Assembly: GCA_965112735.1 (NCBI GenBank)
Contig: OZ218953.1
Location: forward strand, 434,001 to 498,000
From: Phaeosaccion multiseriatum
Taxonomy: Eukaryota > Protista > Ochrophyta, other classes
Direction: 5' to 3'
DNA: 64,000 bases
Shown here one piece after another: positions 28,950-41,228 of this stretch. Position 1 is the first letter of the stretch; the number at the start of each line of letters is the position of its first letter. Position numbers and translations under genes: made by a program. The notes beneath the pieces were generated by a model, which was not told the origin of the DNA, did no database searches, and saw only the letters and a list, made by a program, of their open reading frames with translations.

Positions 28950-31900
28950 ATGTCTGCCAACAGCAGCAGTGATGCCGCCATGTGGGCTCCGCTGGTTAAG
29001 CGATGGGTCAACCCCGCGGCAGCAGGATATGGGAGGAAAAGGCAGAGGCCAAGAGGGACAGGAGGCGGCGGGAAGGATGCCTTCCGAAGCTGCGAGTGAG
29101 TGAAGTATCCTTGGCCTCTCCGCCTTCCTTAGCATGCTGCTGACAACTCCGTATTTCCTTTCTCATCGGCCCATCTCCTTCCCGCCCTCCAGGTGGTTAT
29201 TGCCCCACCCTCCTCAGACGTACATTCCTCTCCTGCAGGACTCCCTCCGACAGCAGCAGCCGCAAGCTCTTGGTCCTCGCAACCCCGAACAAGGAGGCAG
29301 TAAAGAAGGTTTTCCCACCTTGGTTGAGGAAAGCAAGGACGGCAGCCCAGACAGTTCCAGCAGCAGCAGTGGCACAGACAAGCACAGGAGACTGAGCGCT
29401 GTGGGCACAATTCTCGCCATCTGCGACAGCCTGGACATGGACGGCGAGCAACAAGACGCAGGAACGAATGCCGCCTCTCGGAGCTTGGAGGCGGGCCATG
29501 GCCAGAGCCAAGAGGGGGGGGGGGCGAGAAGACGAGTTTTGGCCGGAGACGACGGAGCCGCCGGGGGGGGCGAAGGCGGCGTACCGAGCGTGGACGGCTT
29601 GAGGAGCACCATGTCCTTGGCGTCGTTGGAGGACGTCATGGGGCGGACACCTCGTGCATCGCCCTCTGCGACCCGGTCCCTTATCGAAGCGGTCTCTCCA
29701 GCGGTGCAGCAGCAGGAGCAGGTGGAAGAGGCCACAGAGGAGCACGAGGTTAGCGGCGGTCGTCCTCCGTCCTTGTCGCGGACGCAGGTGAGACGCTCGG
29801 TCTTGCCTCCTCCAGCCCCTTCCACAAGTGCGCCTCCCTCCCTCCCTGCCTCACCCCTCCCCCCCTCGCGTGCCGTGATGCTTGCTGCGAAGGGCGTGCC
29901 TGCAAACCTACGCGAGGTTGTGTGGGAACTTGGGCGCTGCTTTGCCTCGCCGCTGGCATCCCTCGTCGTCGGTCGCACAGTCTCAGACGCTCTGAGCGAG
30001 AATTCTCTCGCCCCTGCAGCAGCAGCAGCAGCAGCAGCAGCAGCCGAAGCACAAGCAGGTGGGGAGGCACCTCCACCAGCTCTAGCAGCAGTTGGCGATA
30101 CAGCAGCATGTGCGCCTACTGCTCTATCAGCCTGCGCTGCGGAGGCTCTGCTGCGGCTCTCGCACGCGGCATGTGTGGCGGCGTGCGACGCAGTGGAGGA
30201 GCAGCAGCGGCAGCGGCAGCGGTGGGAGGAGGAGGAGGAAGCGGCGGCGAGCGTTGGAACAACAAGAACCGCTGTGCTGGGGCTGGATCCTCGTGCGTTG
30301 GCGGCGTTGGAGGGGTTGCTATCACCGACTATCCTCGTCCTGCAGCAGGCAAGAAGAGACGACCGACACACGAAGAGGGACACAATGGGAGAGCACGGCA
30401 GTGCAGTGCGTAGTTTAGTGTGTTGCGTTGGGCCTCTTTCGGCTCACAAGGCCACTGAACGAGACTAGCAACGACAGCAACCACAATAGCATGTGCTGAT
30501 GATGCGTGTGTGCCGCTTTGCCCCTTTGCGTGTTGGTTGTCCGCTGTGCCATGCCAAGCAGGTGCGGCGGTGGTTCTCTGGCGTCCCCTCTCGAGCTCTG
30601 TACGTGGCGGCGCTCTCCGACCTCGAACGCGTGCTGCAAGAGGACTTGAAGGTGACCGGGCACGCCGAGGTACGTAAGCTTACGTGATTCGTGGGCTGCA
30701 CTCGGCCTGTATGCCTCCACTCTGCTATGTTCCTATGCTATGTTCCTCTGCTCTGCACTACTGTACCCTACTGCCCTCGGCCCATGTACTCCCACCTTGC
30801 CCATATGCCTCTTCTCTCTGCTCCCTCCCGGCCTATATATACATACATGCCTTTGCCCTGCCTCTCCCGTCCCTCCCCCCCCCCCCCAAGGCCTTACTGC
30901 GGCAACTCACGATCGACGCCCAAGTGCACGGGACGCCGTCGGACACGGCGCACGCACGCACACTCCGACACGCACGCACACACACTTACACACACGCTGC
31001 GGCACACCTGGCGAGCTCGCTGCTGGACGTGGTGGGCTTCCGCTTCCCTTCCTCTCGCGTTGGAGTGGGACTAGAGGGAGAGGGTCGGCCCAAGGGGAGA
31101 GGGCAGCGAGGCTCTGCTACACTAAAACTCAAACCTAAGCTGGGTTTGGAGGGACTCCGAGCCCTCGTGGGGCGGCGGTGCTTGGCGGTGCTGTCTGTGG
31201 AGGAGGGCTGCGACGCTCTGGTGGAGTGTAGAGCGCTTTGTCTCGTCCTCGGGCAGCTCAAGGGGAAGGAGTTACGCAGTCTCATCCTCAGAGAGGGCAG
31301 AGAGGGCGGGGTGGAGGGGTGGGAGGGCCGAGAGAGCGGAGGAGGGGGCGGCGGGGGAGGCGAGCTACTGAGAGCGCTGCAGATGTGTGCGATGAGGGTG
31401 ATGCGGGGCAAGCGAGCCTCTGCTGCCTCTGCCGCCGCTGCTGGAGAAGGCCCGGGGAGGGCGAACGCTGCAGAGGTGTGTGTGTGTTTGTTTGTGTGCG
31501 TGCTCGGATCGAAACGGCAAATTCTCCGGAGGCCGCGTTGCTTTTTGTATCCTCGTTTCAGCGACGAGAGTCACACACTCATACACGCGCGCACGCACAT
31601 CCCCTTTGCTCCTTTGTCAGGGTTTGGCGAGCCTTCTGCTGAAAACGGCGATTTCGGCCACAGGTACTGGCGGTGTGTCTGATTTCTTGACTGGCGGTGT
31701 GTCTGATTTCTTGACTGACTGAATCTCTTTGTTGTTCTCCTGCAAGATATCATGGCAGCGTAGCAATGTCGGTGGACGCCTTAACTAACGCCACACACAC
31801 ACACACACACAAACACAAACAGGGGCTTTGGATGCCACCGGAGGAGGAGCGGCTGCTGCGGCCGCCACCTCAAGCCTGCTGAGCACCATCGACACTTCCA

Positions 31901-34900
31901 CAGAGGAGGGGGACGCAGCCGTGGCGGTGGCTCTGCTCGCTGAGATGGCTGCGGCCAGGCCCAGTGATGTTATTCCCGAGCTGAAGCGCCGTGTGGAGGC
32001 GGGTTGGTCGTCTCGGTCGTCGTCGTCTGTATCGTCCTTGAGGTCGGGGAGGGGGGGCGAGCAGCAGGATTTGGTGGTACCACAGGCGGGGGGGGGGGCG
32101 CAGGAGGAGGTGGTGCTGAAGAATGTGTTGGATGTGCTCGCCCTTTTTGTTGCTGCGGCCACGGGAGCAAGAGGAGGAAGGGGAGCGGTCGTGGATCTGC
32201 GGCTGTGGATCGATGCCGCCCTCCTCGAGACCCTTCTATGTCGAGTGCTCCTGGGAGCGGACGGCTCGCGGAGGATGAGGGGTTCTCGTGCCAGCGCCTC
32301 CATGGAGGGGAAGGAGGAGGAGGAGGAGGAGGAGGAGGAGAGAGACTCGACCCTTAGGCGGCGGCGGTTATCAGCCCCAGCACGACCAGCACCACCACCG
32401 TCAGCTGCCATCCCTGCGCCGATTGTGGGGAGACTGGCCCTCCGGAAGGCGCTCCTGCCCGTGCTGTGCGCGGTGGACGCGGAAGTAGTGAGCCCTCTCA
32501 TCTTCGACCAGCTCGGGGGCAGGGAGGGGAGGGGCAGCGAGGGGGCCGATGACGTCCTGGCCAGGCTCTTGAGGTGCCATCCGGACAAGCAGGGCGTGGT
32601 GTCTTGCTTGCTGGAGAGCTGCAGGAACGAGGCGGCGAGTGGGGGAGGAGGAGGAGGAGGAGGGAGGGGAGGTGCTGCGACTAGGGAGGGGGAGGGGGAT
32701 GGCGGGGGGACTGCTGCTGCTGCTGCCCCCGGGCCGGCGCGGAGTCTGATCAAGGTTGAGAGGGTGATTGTGGCCGTGAAGCAGTGGGCCAGGTGGACGC
32801 AGCTGCCGGGAGGTGAGTGAGTGATGTGTGTGTGTGTGTGTGTTGTTTGGTGCGAATCACTCCATCCACACCAACCAATTGTTGTGGGTCCTTTTGCTCG
32901 TGCACTGCCATCTGTGGAAGCTGCGCATGGCGAGCTGCCCCTCCTGTGGTACTCCGAGGCTCTGGCGGCGGTGGCTCTGAAGGCCCTCGCCGCGCCGAGC
33001 GACGGACTCATCGTCAGGCTATACTCGGCAATGGCCACTGAGTGCCGGGAGGTGAGAGAGGAGGAGGAGGAGAAGGAGGAAGAGGAGGAGGAGGAGAGGG
33101 GGGGTGGGTAGGAGGAGGCGGAGGAAGGTGAGGCGTGTCCGTCTGTGTACTCGGTGTACTCGATGGGAAGGCAGAGAGTCCGTATCACTCACTCGAGACA
33201 CCACCTCCTTTTATTCCATCGACCGATCTATCCATCTCTCATGAACGTACGTGTCTCGTCTGTCTCTCGCCTCCCCCCCCCCCCCCACCCCCTCTGTGCA
33301 GGCGAGCAGTGCGGTGCAAGCGACGGCTCTTGCTTCTTCTAAGCTTAGCACACAGACAGAGCTCACCAGCGCCATGCTGAGGTGAGGAGAGGGGGGGGGG
33401 AGGGGGAGAGTGAGGTAACGACTCGACACGCTGCTTACGTGCTTTGTTCGCTGTGCCTTCCCTGTGCCTTCCGTGTGCCTTTGCTGTGCCTTTGCTGGGC
33501 CTTTGCTGGGCGTTACCGTCGCTCCCCTGTCCCACCCCCATGTGTAACGAACTTGTCCTAATGCGAATACACATGGCTGAGTGCAGCAAGCCCGGGACGC
33601 CTGCCGCTGAAGCTGTGCGGGCGCTGCTCTTTGCTCGGCTGTGTCCTCTCCTGCTGCTGCAAGCCCTACCCAGGCATGTTTTGCACGCTTACTGCGGACA
33701 GGAGGAGGGAGGGGCGGGGGCGGAGGAGGGAGGGGAGGAGGAGGGGCTACGGGAGGGAGAAGCTGCCTCGTCAGGTATCAGCAGCAGTTCTATGGGCATC
33801 ACCAGCAGCAGTAGAGGGGCACTTCTGGCGATGGCGCTCAAGAGGAGAATGGTCAGGGTGTACGAGTTCGAGCAGGCAAGGAAGGACTCCAAGGGGGGGG
33901 GGAGTGTGGCAGTAGATGGGATGGAAGGTGGAAGAAGGGGGGGAGGGAGGCCTTCGACGAGAGGAGGTCGGGCGAGAGGGACGGCAGTATCTACCGTCAC
34001 GTCAATGAATGTCCAACCCCGCCCCCCCGGGCCAATCCCGACAGGTTTCCAAGCTGGCGGCTGAGGTGTTTGGACGACTTCCCCCTTCCTTCGCGGTGCA
34101 AGAGGCGGTGAAAGACATTGACGCCTACCTGGGTAGTGGCACAGAGGCGGAAGGGGGAGGTGGTGGAGGAGGAGGAGAAACACCACCACCACCACCACGA
34201 GACGAAGACGACAATGACGACATGCTTGCATCTGCGCTGTCTCGAGCCACGGTGAGCGACTTGACGACGCTTGACACCTCTCTCTCTCTTTCTCCCTCTG
34301 TGTGTATGTCTGTATCTCTGTTTCTTTCTCTCTCTCTCTCCGTGTCCCTTATGCTCTCTCTCTCTCTCTCCGCCAAGAAACACTCGCATCGACTCACCCC
34401 CCCCATCCACTGCCATCCCCTTAGCGGAGCCTGTACGCAGTCTGCCACTGCCTGTCCTCCAACGGGCTGATTGTGGAGCCCCTGCTGCCTTTGCTGCTCC
34501 GCGGTCTGCTCTCCGCCCTCCAGCAGGAGGGGAACGATGAAGGTCAGGGCCAGGGCCAGGGTCAGAGTCAGGGTCAGGGTCAGGGTCAGGGTCAGGGTCA
34601 GGGTGAGGGTGAGGGTCAGGGTGGGAATCAGGGTGAAAAGGCAAGGGCAAGCAAGGGTCAAGTAAGTACGTCCGCCATCCTTCTCCCAACGAGCCCCCCC
34701 GCCACCCCCCCAATCCCCTCCCATCCACTGCCATCCCCTCCCCGGCCCAGGCTTGGCCAAGCTGCAGCGGGCTTGTATCGACTGCCTGTCCTTCATCGTC
34801 GAGACGGCAGTCAGACATCACGAGGCCTGCGGTTTGCCCCTGCAGCAGTTGGTGATACCGCAGCCGGATGTTGTCCAGCAGCAGCAGCAGCAGCAGCAGG

Positions 34901-36077
34901 CACCCGCCATGCTTAATTTGAACTTGAGCTTGCCGTTGGAGCGGCAGCGCCACAAGCCGCGCATCGTCGACGTTACACCTCTTCCGCCTACAGCAGTTGG
35001 TGATACGGCGGGGGCGGGCGTAAGCGGCTTTGGCTCTGTGCTGTGCATGCTGGTGGCAGACGCGTGCGGGAGGGGAGGGGGGCTGCTGAGGGACACAGCG
35101 GGACTACAGCCCAGTCCCGAGGGGGGAGGACAGCAAGATGCCTCCTGGTCGCTCCGGGTACGTTTGTTCGTTCGTTTGCTTCACTTCGCTTGCTTCCCTC
35201 TTCTGCTGCTTGGCTCTCCTGGTTCCCGAGGCGCACAAAAGTGAATTGCGCCGCGGGCGTGGATGCGTGTGGTCGTGTGCGTGTGCGTGTGCGTGTGAAA
35301 ACCCTCTCTGTGCTGACGACCTCAGAAAGCAGTCTCTTCGCCCCTCCCCCCTCCCCTCCCCTTAGGTGTGTCTGCTCAACGCGCTCATCTCCGCGGCCAC
35401 TCGCATGGAAAAGGAGCACCTGTCCGTCCTGGCCAGAGCAAGGGTCACCCTCCCCCCCCCTCCCCCTCTTCCTAACACGGTCACCGCTCCGTCCACCTCG
35501 CCAAGTAATTCATCTTCGAGTCAAGCAAGCACTTGTCTGCTAGGGGCCTGTCTGCACGCAGGATCAGTGCTGCGCCCCCCCCTGGAGCGGGTCCGCTGCG
35601 CGGCTCTACAGCTCGTGTTTGTGTGTGTGTTCCGCAGCGGCTCCCTGCACGGCCTGAGGGCAGAGGACTTGGTGCATGTGGGGAGGGACTGCATACGGGT
35701 AGAGGAGGACAACGAGGTGGGTAGAGGCCTATGGGTATATAAAGGAGGACAACGAGGTGGGGAGAGGGTTGACGAGGGTTAAAAGGTTAAGCGGGGACAA
35801 GAGGGAAGAATGTGCCTTTCTTTCCCTCCTTCCCTCCCGATCCCTTCCTCACCCTCCCCTCCCTCCTTGCCCTCTCTCTCTCTTGTGGCAGGTGCGGCTG
35901 TGCGGTATGAAGATCCTCATGGCAGCTGTAGCAGTGGCCCCCTCCTTCTTCAGCGCGCCCCACCTGTCGGCAGAGGCGTACTCGCAGCTACGAGGAGCCG
36001 TGCAGAGCATCGCTAACCTCGACCCCGCACCGCAGATGCGCACACTCGCCCAGCAGCTCTGCGCCTCCTTCGGGTGA
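28950..36077 (+). CDS. Large ARM/HEAT-repeat-like uncharacterised protein (multi-exon)
   Basis: Series of Leu/Ala-rich helical exons (ORFs 29134.., 30493.., 31828.., 33444.., 34753.., 35366.., 35757..). Motif LFARLCPLLLLQALP...YEFEQVSKLAAEVFGRLP recalls plant ARM-repeat uncharacterised proteins (from memory, not searched). Includes GC-AG introns at 30349 and 33876. Exon structure approximate. Confidence 0.65.
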
Positions 36078-36199
36078 CGAGATGGACACATGAAGCAAGC
36101 AAGTATGAGGGGTTGATGGGGGCTTGTTTCCGTTTCAGGCTCAGTTCATTAAATTACTGCCATCCGCTTTCCTCTCTGTTTGTGACTATGACGCACGCA

Positions 36200-36940
36200 C
36201 CCGTCCTCCAGAGCGCTTTCTTCTGCTCACTCCACGACAATCGCTCCAACTCGATCTCCTCCACACGAAGCAGCCTTCCCCCCGGGCACGGACCCCGCGG
36301 AGATGGAATGCCCGTGGATTGTGTATCCTCCTAACTAGGCCGCTTCTACCGCTTCTTCTTCCACTGCCATCCTCCTCGTCCTCCTCCTCTTCTGCTTTGT
36401 ATGCATCGCATGTGACAAGGCCTCGGGAGGCGGCGACGAGGTCTCCGTGGTTGAGAATGTGGCGCCGCGCGGAGGGGTCCCTGACAAGCCGTTGTATAGA
36501 TGATTATAGATCAGGGGCATGATGTACGGAGGGAAGGCAGAGGCATGGACAGAGAAGCGATCGATGGATCATAGACAAGTCCATATATACACCAGCCAAC
36601 AGAGACAAGAGCGACATACACCCACGCACGCACGTAGCTACGCACGCATGCAGACGCCGAGAGGACGGCAACCGCAGAGTGATGAGGGTAGGGGGGTAAA
36701 ACTACCCGGGCCCCTCTAGAAAAGCAACGTACAAACGTCCTCCCCACCTCGTTATGAAGGATACCACGGGCCTGCCGGCCGCCCCTTCTCCTCCTCTCCC
36801 CCCCGGTGCTGCTGCTGCTGCTGCTGGCTGGTGGTGCTCCTCCTCCTTCTCCTCCTCCTCCTGCTGCTGCTCTTGCTGGCGGGGGTCCCATTGCTTCAAA
36901 AAGGCGGCAAAGTCCACGTAACGGTGCACTAGGCGCTGGT
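36200..36940 (-). pseudogene. Possible glycosyltransferase-61 (DUF563)-like gene remnant
   Basis: Spliced reading gives DFAAFLKQW..PVVSFITR..RRHILNHGDLVAA and, in another frame, LRVEEIELERLSWSEQKKALWRT. This resembles the GT61 'RxILNxxEL...LSFxEQ' segment. The HGAG motif is not seen. Confidence 0.35.
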
Positions 36941-37714
36941 CTGAGCAATGAGCGGAGATCCAACGAAGGGAGGAAGGAAGGAAGACCAGGAGGGCGCTTG
37001 GCGCGATGTGAGTCCTGGTCGAGAAGGAAAATTCTCTCTCAGCAGTTCGGTGCTTCCTGCCTCGCTGTCGTACAAGCAAGGGGGGGACCATGCCCACTCT
37101 GTCACTCAGGCAGGTGTTGTCTGCCCCCGTGTCAGAAAGGCGGGGTGGGGGTGGGTAGCTACGCACACGCACACACACCCCCACGCACACACTCACATAA
37201 TAGCTACACATCGATACACACACACACACGCACTCACACAAACGCACACATGGACACGCATACACACACATGCACACACACACAGCTCACCTCAGCTTGC
37301 AGGACCCGGGGGTGGCGTGACTCGTGATTCTCGGCGGTGCGCCTTGGAAATACGGCAACGAATGACGTCATATAGTGCGTATAATAAATCATCGTGATTC
37401 TGGCGGCCGCTGGAGGCGTGGTTCATGATTCTGTGACCGCTGCAGGGCGCGATTCGTGATTCTCGGCGCCGCCCCTCAGAATCACGTCAGGGGCCGACGA
37501 CCGGGTGAAGGAGAGGGAGGGGCGGGGGAGGCAGGGAGGGAGTGTGGGAGGGAGCGAGGGGAGGGGAGGAAGGGAGGAGACGGAAGGAGGGGAGGGAGGG
37601 AAAGGCGGGACACACAGACAGCGAGGCGCTCCCCCAAGCAAGATGAAGCCCTAGGCGATGCCAGTCGCAGGTGTCATCAGCGCATAGCTGCCCTCGTACC
37701 TGGCTGCTCATGGT

Positions 37715-38615
37715 TCGGCTCCAGACTGGCCTAGAAGCCTATGCTCTAGGCCCTAGGCCGAGCGGCCTACGCCCGCTCTAGGCCTAGGCCGGCGGCCGTT
37801 GGCCGCTCTAGGCCGGCCATTTTTTCTCCCTAGGCCGGCGGTTCTAGGCCTAGGCCTCGACGACCTATCTGATTAGTAATTACGGCCGGCGCAGCCGGCC
37901 TGATTACTGATTATGACCGGCGCCAGCCGGCCTGAGTACTGATTATGCGCCAGCCGGGGGCTGATTACTGATTACGGCGGCGCACACCGTAATCTTGTCC
38001 AGGCTCGAAGGGAGGGAGGGAGGGAGGGAGGGAGGGAGGGAGGGAGGGAGGGAGGGAGGGAGGGAGGGGGGGGGAGGGAGGGAGGGAGGGAGGGAGGGAG
38101 CAGGGAGGGAGGGAGGGAGCGAGGGAGGGAGGGAGGGAGGGAGGGAGGGAGCGAGGGAGCGAGGGAGGGAGGGAGGGAGGGGGGGAGGGAGGGAGGGAGG
38201 GAGGGAGGGAGGGAGGGAGGGAGCGAGGGAGGGAGGGAGGGAGGGAGCGAGGGAGGGAGGGAGGGAGGGAGGGAGCGAGGGAGGGAGGGAGGGAGGGAGT
38301 CGACCCTGGACAAGATCATCTGATTCTGATTACGGCCGGCGCAGCCGGCCTGATTACTGATTATGACCGGCGCCACCCGGTCTGGTTGCTTACAGCCGGT
38401 GACCAGCCGGCCTGATTACTGATTTTGCGCCGGCCGGGGGCTGATTACTGGTTGCGGCCGGCGCACACCGTAATCTTGTCCAGGGCCTAGGCCGGGGGGG
38501 CTGCGCCAAAAATAGGCCTAGGTCGGGGACCTGCGGCCCCCTCTAGGCCTAGGCCGGGGGCCTGCGCGGCCGAATTTTGTCTTAGGCCTAGGCTTCTAGG
38601 CCAGTCTGGAGCCGA
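37715..38615. mobile_element. Non-autonomous DNA transposon (MITE-like), 27-bp TIR, 6-bp TSD
   Basis: TCGGCTCCAGACTGGCCTAGAAGCCTA at 37715-37741 and its reverse complement at 38589-38615. TSD CATGGT at 37709-37714 and 38616-38621. Subterminal CCTAGG/GGCC repeats. Confidence 0.9.
38304..38485. mobile_element. Nested 182-bp mini-element with 13-bp TIR (a left-truncated sister copy at ~37860-38004)
   Basis: CCCTGGACAAGAT ... ATCTTGTCCAGGG; internal repeats TGATTACTGATTA/GCCGGC. Confidence 0.65.
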
Positions 38616-38862
38616 CATGGTGGTGCTCCATCCAATACTGCTTGCCGATAGCACTGATGCTCCTCTCCGCAGCTGTCGCTGCAACCGCCCAGCACCCATT
38701 CGACTCTGACGTCACTGACGCCCTTTTATGCCTCGACGCTGCAAATGCTTGAAACCGTGCCTTCACTGCTTGCTGTGACACCATTGGACCCCCACTCGAA
38801 GGACAACCCTCAAAAACAAAAAAATGACAATTAAAAACGCTCAAAATCGTCTTCTCACACAG

Positions 38863-38960
38863 TCAGTCATCGTATAATGGTTAGTATTCGTCCCTGTCAA
38901 GCTGGCTCATCGAGCGAGCACGGTACGGACGAGATCGGGGTTCAATTCCCCGTGACTGAG
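38863..38960 (+). tRNA. trnD-GUC: tRNA-Asp(GTC) with 26-nt canonical intron (38900-38925)
   Basis: Acceptor stem TCAGTCA/TGACTGA + G73, D-arm GTATAATGGTTAGTAT, anticodon stem CGTCC/GGACG with GTC at 38896-38898, T-arm GGGG-TTCAATT-CCCC. Confidence 0.92.
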
Positions 38961-38978
38961 GGGAGTTACCCATATAAC

Positions 38979-38998
38979 TTTTTTTTTTTTTTTTTTTT
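38979..38998 (+). terminator. Pol III oligo-T terminator of tRNA-Asp
   Basis: Run of ~20 T starting 18 nt after the tRNA. Confidence 0.75.
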
Positions 38999-40033
38999 GG
39001 CTTGTTTTTTTTTGTTCTGTTCTCTCCCTCGGCTCTTAATCCCTTCTTCTCCTGTGAGCTTCTATCGGCAGTGTGCTATACTCACAACCTCTCGAAGGGG
39101 TGTAAAGGCTACTGAAGCCTGTATTGTCTTTGTAGCCTGCTTTCCCGTGCCCCCCGGGATTCGATTTTTTCCACTTTTCGGGCCCCCTGGGGCTCGATTT
39201 TTTCCACTTTTTTTTGGGGGTTCCCCCCCGGGGGGAGCTGTATCATTGACATGCTTTCCTTTTCTTTCTTTCTCCCTCTCCTCCCCCCATTATAGTCCCG
39301 CGGGCGCGTATTGTAGCACTGTGGAGATGTGTGTGTGTAGGTTTTGGAAGATCTTTCTCTCTAGAGTCCGCGGGGCGCCAGCGGCATATTGATACTGGCG
39401 ATTGATCACGAAGCATGGCTACAATACCAGAACGACGGTTGGAGCAAGGGTACGCAGCTGTGGCCGTCGTGGTAGACACAGCAGGCGCACCTAGTCTACC
39501 GCAGTGCCCCAGCTGAATCTCATCTCCCGACAGGCAGGGATGGCGGTTGGACCACAGGAGCACCAACGACGGCTCCTGCTGGTGCTCCTGCTGGCTCGTG
39601 TACTCGTCCGCTTGCTGCCGCGGCCAGCCTTGACTGCTGCTGCCGTTGTCAGGGAGGGGGGAAGGGTTCTGAAGCTACATAATCTAATGCCCCCCCATGG
39701 CTCGTCCCTTGTTGAAGCTCAAGTAGCTGTGGGTAACGTCCTTCGCTGCATCAGACCCGCCCGGAGCTCGACGTCAATGGAACAGACCAAGCTTTCTACC
39801 TCCGCCTGAATTCAGTCCCGTGTACTCCTCTGCTCACCATGTACATACGGGCAAGGCCAAGATTGGCACAGGGGAGAGGGGCAGGGCAACGAGAGGTATG
39901 GGACAGCGTGGGGGCGAGGGAATGAGTGAGAAGGTGGGCGACAAAGGGGAGTACAAGACAAATGGTGAGCGAGGGAGGGAGTGAGTGAGGGAGTAGCGAA
40001 GTGATGGGTGGGTGAGAGAGTTGTATTTTGAGG

Positions 40034-40335
40034 TGTGGGGCCGGTACCTCCCTCGATTAAGAGGAGGAAGGCACCCCCAAGCTGAGCGCTCCGTTCCGGG
40101 CCCAAGAGGGAGAGAGAAGAGTCCAATGCTGGCACCAAGTGTATTAATGACTAGGGCTTTCCCACCCTAAGACCCTGGACAGCTCCCTTGTTTAAGGAAG
40201 CAATCCAATTGGTCTTTACGGGTTCAGGAGTGCGGAGGGGCCAACCAGGCCCCAAAAGGCCGCGTCCCTACATCATTGACTTACTGTCCTGCCTACCTAA
40301 TAATACGTAATTGAGCCTGTCCCACCTCCACCACA
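40034..40335 (-). mobile_element. Solo LTR, family X
   Basis: TG...CA, reverse complement of 40437-40740, 4-bp TSD GAGG. The empty site is visible in the duplicate copy at ~54564. Confidence 0.92.
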
Positions 40336-41228
40336 GAGGTAGAGAGGAAGTGAGTGAATGAGTGGGCGATTCGTTTGGGGAGAGACTGCGTGCGTGCGCG
40401 CGCGATTGAGGGAGTGGGTGAATGAAGAAGAGGTGATGTGGTGGAGTTGGGACAGGCTCAATTACGTATTATTAGGTAGGCAGGACAGTAAGTCAATGAT
40501 GGGGGACGCGGCCTTTTTGGGGCCTGGTTGGCCCCTCCGCACTCCTGAACCCGTAAAGACCAATTGGATAGCGCTCCTTAAACAAGGAGGCTTTCCAGGG
40601 TCTTAGGGTGGGAAAGCCCTAGTCATTAATACACTTGGTGCCAGCATTGGACTCTTATCTCTCCCCTCTTGGGCCCGAAACGGAGCGCTCAGCTTGGGGG
40701 TACCTTCCTCCTCATAATAGAGGGAGGTACCGGCCCCACATATGGCAACGTCGGGAGATTCAAACCCTCGTACCCCAGCACAATCGCAGTCGCTGGGCGC
40801 TTGTTTGCCGCGTTCCGCGTCAAGGGGGGAGGGCATGGCGGACGCCTCAGCTCCATCAGCATCTGACGAGGTGACAAGCGGGGAGGACGAGAATGACGAC
40901 TCTGCAGCGGAGGGTGATTTAACCTATGGGATCTTAGGCTTGGCCAGTGGCATCAGAGGCGCTGGTAGAACAGGAGGAGGGGACAGCCCAAGTCTTCCCC
41001 TTTCCCCCGCAGGCCAACTGGAAGAGGAAGTGGAAGATATGGCAACCCGATTGCCGTCGTCTCCTCCTCTACATCAGCAACTGGGGACACAGTATCATCA
41101 GCAGCAAACATCCCAACAGCACCAACCGGCAGCTGCCGTGAAGCCTCAACAGCAGCCGTGGGAGCTGCACCAACAGCAGAGGTTCCAACAGCACCAATCG
41201 GTGGCAACACGGCCGCCTCAGCAGCAAC

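Noticed and set aside
37722-37860. CCTAGG repeats as telomeric sequence
   Set aside because: Irregular, palindromic and enclosed by TIRs and TSDs
39340-39860. Possible additional upstream DNA-PKcs exon in the duplicated block
   Set aside because: Leu-rich but broken by stops; I cannot recognise a specific motif
38863-40030. tRNA-headed SINE
   Set aside because: The tRNA is intact, has an intron and is followed at once by an oligo-T terminator. The second copy is explained by the tandem duplication.
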